Positions 33,639 through 39,324 of a stretch of 39,324 nt of DNA are shown here, piece after piece. The notes under the pieces are model-generated. The model ran no database searches, was not told the origin of the DNA, and saw only the letters and a list, made by a program, of their open reading frames with translations. Origin of the DNA: Gammaproteobacteria bacterium (lineage in GTDB: Bacteria; Pseudomonadota; Gammaproteobacteria; Acidiferrobacterales; UBA6901); assembly GCA_031416355.1 (NCBI GenBank), contig JANOTM010000006.1:1-39324 (forward strand), given 5' to 3'. Each line of letters opens with the position of its first letter. The first letter of the stretch is position 1. The translations under genes and the position numbers were made by a program.

Positions 33639-35120
33639 TCACAGTTTACTCACCGCTACTTGCTCCAGCAGGTGTTGCACAGAAACATGCATCACATCCA
33701 GGAACGGATAGGGCCATAGGCCCATTACCAATACCGGGACCGCCAACAGTCCCAGCACCAGGGCCTCGCGCGGACTCACATCGGTCAGCTTCTCGACCGC
33801 GGCATTGGCGACCTCGCCGAAAATCACGCGCTTGTACATCCATAAGGTATAGGCAGCGCCGAATATCAACGTCGTAGCGGCGAGCGCGGCATACCAAAAA
33901 TTGACCTGGAACGCACCCAGGATCACCAGAAACTCGCCGACAAAACCGGAGGTGCCCGGCAGCCCGGCATTGGCCATGGCGAATAACATCATGAACGCCG
34001 CGAACACCGGCATGCGATTGGCGACGCCGCCGTAATCGCCGATCATGCGCGAGTGCATGCGGTCGTATAATACACCCACACACAGAAACAACGCGCCGGA
34101 CACGAATCCGTGGGAAATCATTTGCGCGATGCCGCCCTCCACGCCCTGGGCGTTAAACACAAAGAAACCCAGGGTGACGAAACCCATGTGGGCGATGGAC
34201 GAGTAAGCGATGAGTTTTTTCATGTCCTGCTGCACCAGCGCCACCAGCCCGATATAAACAATGGCAATGAGAGACAGGGCAATCATGATCCACGCCAGTT
34301 TATGGCTCGCATCCGGCAGTATCGGCAGACTGAAACGCAGAAAACCGTAGGCCCCCATTTTCAACATAATGGCCGCCAGCACCACGGAACCGCCGGTGGG
34401 TGCCTCCACGTGCGCATCCGGCAGCCACGTATGTACCGGCCACATGGGCACCTTCACCGCAAAGGCCAAGAAGAAAGCGATGAAAATCAGTATCTGCTCG
34501 TTCAGACTGAGCTTCATGGCATGCAGCGCGAGAATATCGAAGCTGTTGCCATTGTGCAGATACATATAGACCAGGGCCACCAGCATCAATACCGAACCCA
34601 GCAGCGTATACAGAAAAAACTTCATGGTGGCGTACACACGGTTCGGCCCGCCCCACACGCCGATAATGACGAACATGGGAATCAGCATCGCCTCCCAGAA
34701 CACATAGAACAGCATGGCATCCAGGGCGGAAAACACGCCTATCATTAGGCCTTCCATGAACAGAAACGCCGCCATGTACTGGGCAACTTTCTGTTGTATC
34801 ACCTGCCAGCCGGCGATGACTACTAGCAAGGTGGTGAAACTGGTCAAGAGGATGAACAGCACCGAGATACCGTCGATACCCAGGCGGTAATGAATATTGA
34901 AGGCGGCTATCCATACGTGCTGCTCTTGGAACTGCATGGCGGCGGTGTGCGCGTTAAACCCGATATACAGCGGCAGCGTGACGATGAACGCCGCCAGGGC
35001 AACGACCAGGCTGATGACTCGGGCACGACCGGCGTAGGCGTCACCGCCGGTGAGCAACACCGCCACCCCGCCGATGATGGGCAGCCAGATGGCCAGACTC
35101 AGTGCATGATCAGCAAACAT
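33639..35120 (-). CDS. nuoM: NADH-quinone oxidoreductase subunit M
   Basis: 493 aa. Has the conserved …WLPDAHVEAPTGGSVVLAAIMLKMG… block. Confidence 0.95.
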   Translation of the reverse strand: MFADHALSLAIWLPIIGGVAVLLTGGDAYAGRARVISLVVALAAFIVTLPLYIGFNAHTAAMQFQEQHVWIAAFNIHYRLGIDGISVLFILLTSFTTLLVVIAGWQVIQQKVAQYMAAFLFMEGLMIGVFSALDAMLFYVFWEAMLIPMFVIIGVWGGPNRVYATMKFFLYTLLGSVLMLVALVYMYLHNGNSFDILALHAMKLSLNEQILIFIAFFLAFAVKVPMWPVHTWLPDAHVEAPTGGSVVLAAIMLKMGAYGFLRFSLPILPDASHKLAWIMIALSLIAIVYIGLVALVQQDMKKLIAYSSIAHMGFVTLGFFVFNAQGVEGGIAQMISHGFVSGALFLCVGVLYDRMHSRMIGDYGGVANRMPVFAAFMMLFAMANAGLPGTSGFVGEFLVILGAFQVNFWYAALAATTLIFGAAYTLWMYKRVIFGEVANAAVEKLTDVSPREALVLGLLAVPVLVMGLWPYPFLDVMHVSVQHLLEQVAVSKL

Positions 35121-35216
35121 GGTTCAAGTCTCGCTTAGAGTCCCTAACAAAATGATCGGAACTGCTGCTAAACATAGCGACATAAATAACGCCGCAAAAC
35201 TGGGGTAGTGATTATT

Positions 35217-35284
35217 GTAGGGTGGGCATCGCCCACCGCAACACGCCAGACTACGCCCCTGATGGTGGGCAATGCCCACCCTAC
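35217..35284. repeat. REP doublet (inverted pair)
   Basis: GTAGGGTGGGCATCGCCCACC (35217-35237) … GGTGGGCAATGCCCACCCTAC (35264-35284). Confidence 0.85.
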
Positions 35285-35301
35285 ATAATCTAGCTCTGGC
35301 C

Positions 35302-35352
35302 CTCGGCAACTGCTCCATGCGTTGCTCTACCTCCTGCATCCATGCAGTCGTC
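35302..35352. repeat. 51-nt module, copy A1
   Basis: CTCGGCAACTGCTCCATGCGTTGCTCTACCTCCTGCATCCATGCAGTCGTC. Confidence 0.85.
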
Positions 35353-35364
35353 ACCCCTACCCCT

Positions 35365-35463
35365 CTCGGCAAATGCTCCCGGCTTTGCTCTACCTCCTCG
35401 GCGGCGGTTCCCGACGCCGCTCTACCTCCTCCATCCCTGGAGTCGTGCATCCATGCAGTCGTC
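35365..35463. repeat. 99-nt long variant of the module, copy A2
   Basis: It has the same first 34 nt and last 17 nt as the 51-nt unit. The internal insert is CGGCGGCGGTTCCCGACGCCGCTCTACCTCCTCCATCCCTGGAGTCGT. It differs from copy A4 at only 5 positions. Confidence 0.85.
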
Positions 35464-35607
35464 CCACGGGAGGCGAGACGGAGCAGTCGCGTATGTTCAG
35501 TGGACATACGCGCCGTCGAGCGGGTGCGCGGAGGTTTGCGCACCCCGGCGGGAATTAGGGATGAGGGCAATGTAGCATGCGGTTTCATTTTTTTAGCGGC
35601 TCTTAGA

Positions 35608-37566
35608 TCAGACGTGGAGGAAAAACGTCATCAGCAGAAACAGGCCGATGATCATGGCAAAGGCATAATGATAGATATAGCCGGATTGGACATGGCGCAC
35701 CGCGGCGGATACCCAGGCCACCACACGCGCCGTGCCGTTCACCATGAGTCCATCGATCAGCCTCACGTCCCCGGTCTTCCACAGTAGGCGGCCGATGGCG
35801 CGCGCACCGCCGGCCAGCACGATGTCGTTAAAGGCATCGAACCCGTACTTATGCATAAGGATGGTGTAGAGCATGTGCGTGCGACCGCGTATGCGTTCCG
35901 GCAGTTGCGGCGAACGAATATACAGCAGCCACGCCAAACCGAAGCCCGCCACCAGCAGCAACATGGGCAAAGACTGTAGTCCATGGGCCAAGAAACGGCC
36001 CATGTGGAAATCCTGGCCCATGACGGCCAGCACATCGTGCTGCGGCAACACCTTTATAGCGTCCTGGAAGAAACCTTTAAATAGCATGGGCTTCATATAA
36101 AACCAGCCGATGAATACCGAGGGTAAGGCCAGCATGACCAGGGGGATGAGCACCACCAACGGTGATTCCTTGAGGTGGTGCTGCGTATGCTCGTCCATGC
36201 GCGGCTTGCCGTAAAACGCCAGAAACAACATGCGGAACGAATAAAACGCGGTCACGAACACGCCCGCGGTCACGGCGACGTAGGCAAACCCGCTGCCGGG
36301 GAGATGCGAATGGTGCACCGCCTCGATGATGGCGTCCTTGGAGAAAAATCCGGAGAACCCGGGAAATCCCACCAGTGCCAAGGTCCCGGCCCAGGCCGTG
36401 AGAAAAGTGACCGGCAGGTATTTTTTCAAGCCGCCCATCTTGCGCAGATCTTGCTCGTGGTGCATGGCCATGATCACCGAGCCGGCCGCGAGGAACAGCA
36501 GCGCCTTAAAAAACGCGTGCGTCATGAGATGGAACATGGCGGCGGCGTAAGCCGAGGCGCCTAGGGCCACGGTCATATAACCCAGTTGCGACAGGGTGGA
36601 ATACGCCACCACGCGCTTGATGTCGTTCTGCACCATGCCAAGAAAGGCCATGGATAGGGCGGTAATGGCGCCTATGACCATCACCACCGACAGGGCGGTC
36701 TCGGACAATTCAAACAGCGGCGACATGCGCGCCACCATGAAGATGCCCGCGGTCACCATGGTGGCCGCGTGGATCAGGGCGGAAATGGGCGTGGGGCCTT
36801 CCATGGAATCCGGCAGCCACACGTGCAACGGCACCTGCGCCGACTTGCCCATGGCGCCGATGAACAGCAGTATGCATATCAAGGACATGACATTCCAAGG
36901 CACACCGGGTATGACCTGAACCGTCTGAGTCGCCAGCTGCGGCGCGATGCTGAACACCGCGGCATAGTCCAGGCTGCCGAAGTGCAAGTAGATCGCGGCG
37001 ATGCCAAGAAGAAATCCGAAATCACCCACGCGGTTGACCAGGAACGCCTTGAGGTTGGCCTTGATCGCGGACGGGCGTGTGTGCCAGAAACCGATCAGTA
37101 GATACGAAACCAGGCCCACCGCCTCCCAACCGAAGAACAACTGCAGAAAGTTGTTGGACATCACCAGCATCAACATGGCGAAGGTAAACAGGGCGATGTA
37201 ACTAAAGAAGCGCTGATAGCCGGGGTCGTCGCGCATATAACCTATGGTATAGATATGCACCATCAGCGACACGAAAGTCACCACCACCATCATCAGGGCG
37301 CTCAAGGGATCGATGAGAAAACCGATCTCCATGGGGATGAGGCCGCTCACGCCCCAGACATATACAGTGCCGTTGAACACATGGCCACGACCCACCACAT
37401 CCTGAAACACCACCAGAGACAGACCGAACGCCACGCTCACACCCAGGATGGCGGCGACGTGCGCGCCGATGCGCCCGATCTTCCAGCCCAACAGGCCGGC
37501 AATGAGCGCGCCCGCTAGGCACGCCAGGGGTATGGCAAGATAGATATTTTGCATGTGGTCGAACAT
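35608..37566 (-). CDS. nuoL: NADH-quinone oxidoreductase subunit L
   Basis: 652 aa. Has …WLPDSMEGPTPISALIHAATMVTAGIFM… and the long C-terminal lateral-helix region. Confidence 0.95.
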   Translation of the reverse strand: MFDHMQNIYLAIPLACLAGALIAGLLGWKIGRIGAHVAAILGVSVAFGLSLVVFQDVVGRGHVFNGTVYVWGVSGLIPMEIGFLIDPLSALMMVVVTFVSLMVHIYTIGYMRDDPGYQRFFSYIALFTFAMLMLVMSNNFLQLFFGWEAVGLVSYLLIGFWHTRPSAIKANLKAFLVNRVGDFGFLLGIAAIYLHFGSLDYAAVFSIAPQLATQTVQVIPGVPWNVMSLICILLFIGAMGKSAQVPLHVWLPDSMEGPTPISALIHAATMVTAGIFMVARMSPLFELSETALSVVMVIGAITALSMAFLGMVQNDIKRVVAYSTLSQLGYMTVALGASAYAAAMFHLMTHAFFKALLFLAAGSVIMAMHHEQDLRKMGGLKKYLPVTFLTAWAGTLALVGFPGFSGFFSKDAIIEAVHHSHLPGSGFAYVAVTAGVFVTAFYSFRMLFLAFYGKPRMDEHTQHHLKESPLVVLIPLVMLALPSVFIGWFYMKPMLFKGFFQDAIKVLPQHDVLAVMGQDFHMGRFLAHGLQSLPMLLLVAGFGLAWLLYIRSPQLPERIRGRTHMLYTILMHKYGFDAFNDIVLAGGARAIGRLLWKTGDVRLIDGLMVNGTARVVAWVSAAVRHVQSGYIYHYAFAMIIGLFLLMTFFLHV

Positions 37567-37568
37567 GG

Positions 37569-37874
37569 TCAGCCTTTCAGGGTATCCAAGTCGTCGACGT
37601 TAATAGTATTGCGGTTGCGGAACAGCACGATCAATATCGCCAGGCCGATGGCGGCCTCGGCCGCGGCCACGGTAAGTATAAAGAATACAAACACCTGTCC
37701 GGCGCTATCCCCGAGATAGCGCGAAAACGCCACGAAGTTCATGTTCACCGCCAGTAGATTCAACTCTATGGCCATGAGCAGGATCACCACGTTCTTGCGA
37801 TTGAGAAAAATCCCCATCATGCTCAGGGCGAATAGGATCGCCCCGAGTATAAGATAATTGGACAGTGGTATCAT
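37569..37874 (-). CDS. nuoK: NADH-quinone oxidoreductase subunit K
   Basis: 101 aa, three TM helices: …[19 protein letters not shown]…[13 protein letters not shown]…. Confidence 0.95.
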   Translation of the reverse strand: MIPLSNYLILGAILFALSMMGIFLNRKNVVILLMAIELNLLAVNMNFVAFSRYLGDSAGQVFVFFILTVAAAEAAIGLAILIVLFRNRNTINVDDLDTLKG

Positions 37875-37930
37875 TTTCTTACCCTAGAGTTCCTAGCAAA
37901 ATGAAAACGCAAATCGCCTTAGCCCTCATC

Positions 37931-37981
37931 CTCGGCAACCGCTCCCGGCGTTGCTCTACCTCCTGCATCCATGCAGTCGTC
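37931..37981. repeat. 51-nt module, copy A3
   Basis: CTCGGCAACCGCTCCCGGCGTTGCTCTACCTCCTGCATCCATGCAGTCGTC. Confidence 0.85.
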
Positions 37982-38077
37982 GGCAACCGCTCCCGGCGTT
38001 GCTCTACCTCCTCGGCGGCGGTTCCCGACGCCGCTCTACCTCCTCCATCCCTGGAGTCGTGCATCCATGCAGTCGTG
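37981..38077. repeat. Long variant of the module, copy A4 (abuts A3)
   Basis: CGGCAACCGCTCCCGGCGTTGCTCTACCTCCTCGGCGGCGGTTCCCGACGCCGCTCTACCTCCTCCATCCCTGGAGTCGTGCATCCATGCAGTCGTG. Confidence 0.85.
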
Positions 38078-38291
38078 TCCTTCTCCCACAGGGCATAGGT
38101 ATCTACACAAGTGACCCGCATACCCAAAATAAACGTCCCTTCTCCCCCACGGGGAGAAGGACAGGATGAGGGGGAGTTGGGTGAAAAACGGCATTTTAAT
38201 ACCCTCACCCTACCCTCCCCCACTGACGTGGGAGAGGGAACCGCTTTGTTAGGCACTCTTAGACCCTCGGCCGCTAAACCATGCATCGTTT

Positions 38292-38897
38292 TCATCCGCC
38301 CTTCTTCTCCGCCGCCATCTTTACCAGGCGCACGCGATCTTCGCGCCGCACGCGTATCTGCTCGGACGGATTCTGGTATTTAGTCTGGCGCCGACGCAAC
38401 GTCAGGACGATGGCCGCGATGATCGCCACCAGCAATATCAGCGCCGCGATTTCAAACGCATACACATATTCGGTATACAACAACCGGCCCAGTTCGCGCG
38501 TGTTGCTGTAACCGGCGGGATGGCTCGGCGGCAACGGCATTTTTTCCAGACCGAAGCGCCCGGCGTTGAGGATAATGATCATCTCCGCCACCATGAGCGC
38601 TGCGACGATGGCGCCTATGGGCAGATAATCGCCGAATCCCTCGCGCAATCGCACCAGGTTGATGTCCAACATCATCACTACAAACAGGAACAGCACCATG
38701 ACCGCGCCCACGTACACCAGCACCAAGGTGATGGCGAGGAATTCCGCCTCCAGCAGCACCCACAGGCCGGCGGCGCTGAAAAACGCCAGCACCAAGAACA
38801 GGGCCGCCTTCACCGGATTGCGTATGGTGATCACCATGGTGGCGGCGAATACCAGTATTCCGGCGAAGATATAGAAAATATATTGTTCAGGTGTCAT
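38292..38897 (-). CDS. nuoJ: NADH-quinone oxidoreductase subunit J
   Basis: 201 aa: MTPEQYIFYIFAGILVFAATMVITIRNPV…LEAEFLAITLVLVYVGAVMVLFLFVVMML. Confidence 0.93.
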   Translation of the reverse strand: MTPEQYIFYIFAGILVFAATMVITIRNPVKAALFLVLAFFSAAGLWVLLEAEFLAITLVLVYVGAVMVLFLFVVMMLDINLVRLREGFGDYLPIGAIVAALMVAEMIIILNAGRFGLEKMPLPPSHPAGYSNTRELGRLLYTEYVYAFEIAALILLVAIIAAIVLTLRRRQTKYQNPSEQIRVRREDRVRLVKMAAEKKGG

Positions 38898-38941
38898 GGC
38901 TCTACCCAGGAACCCGGCCTAAGGCCGCACGAACTCTCCTT

Positions 38942-38992
38942 CTCGGCAAATGCTCCCGGCTTTGCTCTACCTCCTGCATCCATGCAGTCGTC
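38942..38992. repeat. 51-nt module, copy A5
   Basis: CTCGGCAAATGCTCCCGGCTTTGCTCTACCTCCTGCATCCATGCAGTCGTC. Confidence 0.85.
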
Positions 38993-39186
38993 CCGCGTGC
39001 GGGAGAAGGTGGCCCACAGGGCCGGATGAGGGAAGAGACCGCACGGTTCCGGGGTACAATTCGCGACCATGGCGGGTCGTGCGGTCTCTCCCGCGTGCGG
39101 GAGAAGGTGGCCCGCAGGGCCGGATGAGGGAAGCGACCGCCCGCTCCCGGAACCCACCGTAATTAGGTGGGTCGGGCGGTCTCTCG
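38991..39186. repeat. Two tandem copies of a 98-nt structured unit in the nuoI-nuoJ spacer
   Basis: Both copies start TCCCGCGTGCGGGAGAAGGTGGCCC(A/G)CAGGGCCGGATGAGGGAAG (38991 and 39089). Each ends in a long hairpin: AGAGACCGCACG…CGTGCGGTCTCT (39034-39045 / 39078-39089) and AGCGACCGCCCG…CGGGCGGTCTCT (39132-39143 / 39173-39184). Confidence 0.85.
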
Positions 39187-39231
39187 CACTCGTCAAAGGC
39201 ATGGTATCCATCAGTCTATCCACAGTGGTTA

Positions 39232-39324
39232 TCAACGGTAACGCGCGTCCTGCGCGCGGTCGGCTGCAATCTGTTTTTCATGTTGGTCGCCCACCGCCAG
39301 CAGCATGGACTTGCTGTAATTGAG
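39232..39324 (-). CDS. nuoI: NADH-quinone oxidoreductase subunit I, C-terminal 30 codons (gene continues off the right edge)
   Basis: Own minus-strand translation gives LNYSKSMLLAVGDQHEKQIAADRAQDARYR*. This matches the usual NuoI tail (…Y.K..LL..GD..E..IA…DA.YR). TGA at 39232-39234. Confidence 0.7.
   Translation of the reverse strand, partial: LNYSKSMLLAVGDQHEKQIAADRAQDARYR

Larger units (their letters stand above)
35134..35606. mobile_element. MITE-like non-autonomous element E1 filling the nuoL-nuoM spacer
   Basis: Inverted termini: CTTAGAGTCCCTAACAAAATGA (35134-35155) against the reverse complement of 35585-35606, CTAAGAGCCGCTAAAAAAATGA (18/22). It contains a REP doublet and the 51-nt and 99-nt modules in the same order as E2. 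Confidence 0.55.
37884..38262. mobile_element. MITE-like non-autonomous element E2 filling the nuoJ-nuoK spacer
   Basis: Inverted termini: CTAGAGTTCCTAGCAAAATGA (37884-37904) against the reverse complement of 38244-38262, CTAAGAGTGCCTAACAAAG. It contains module copies A3 and A4 plus two CCCTC/GAGGG-type hairpins (38138-38160, 38213-38238). Confidence 0.5.

Noticed and set aside
35272-35787. Plus-strand ORFs 35272-35787, 37865-38098 and 38891-39127 sharing the peptide CSTSCIHAVV
   Set aside because: They are translations of the 51-nt repeat on the strand antisense to nuo. They run into the antisense of nuoL or nuoJ. They have no RBS and their composition is junk-like.
35302-39186. Possible CRISPR array formed by the recurring 51-nt units in the nuo spacers
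   Set aside because: The units come in two length classes and are either contiguous or separated by whole genes. There are no uniform spacers and no leader. No cas genes are present, and the units are embedded in other repeat types.

Overview
A 39.3 kb chromosomal segment of a GC-rich proteobacterium, gammaproteobacterial in style. Three blocks are visible.

(1) 1-21.3 kb is housekeeping core. It holds a POTRA outer-membrane protein fragment and a 963-aa metallopeptidase/beta-propeller/beta-barrel protein. Then come gltA, an alpha/beta hydrolase, a GpsA-like dehydrogenase, rep, a GGDEF-EAL gene broken by one in-frame TGA, an OmpA/MotB-like protein and two small unknowns. The complete minus-strand supraoperon metY(tRNA-fMet)-rimP-nusA-infB-rbfA-truB-rpsO-pnp follows.

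(2) 21.3-32.1 kb is a compositionally mosaic accessory stretch. It carries an orphan hlyD whose start codon region is occupied by a REP-like palindrome. A very GC-rich convergent pair follows: a secreted DUF255/YyaL-like thioredoxin-fold protein and a 988-aa carrier-domain/fatty-acyl-AMP-ligase/membrane/PlsC-acyltransferase fusion. Next are a 19-codon RAYT (IS200-like) transposase stub and an RTX-type exoprotein pseudogene. The stretch ends with an intact hipBA toxin-antitoxin module that has a triple palindromic operator.

(3) 32.1-39.3 kb is nuoI(partial)-J-K-L-M-N on the minus strand.

The most unusual signal is in the nuo operon. Three of its five spacers are expanded to 334-487 nt by structured repeats. 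Two of the expansions are bounded by about 20-bp inverted termini, which looks MITE-like. They share 51/99-nt modules that show compensatory stem changes. Each expanded gap is bridged end to end by a sense-strand ORF in start/stop-coupling geometry with the flanking nuo genes. No CRISPR array, rRNA, intact transposase or recognisable defence operon other than hipBA was found.
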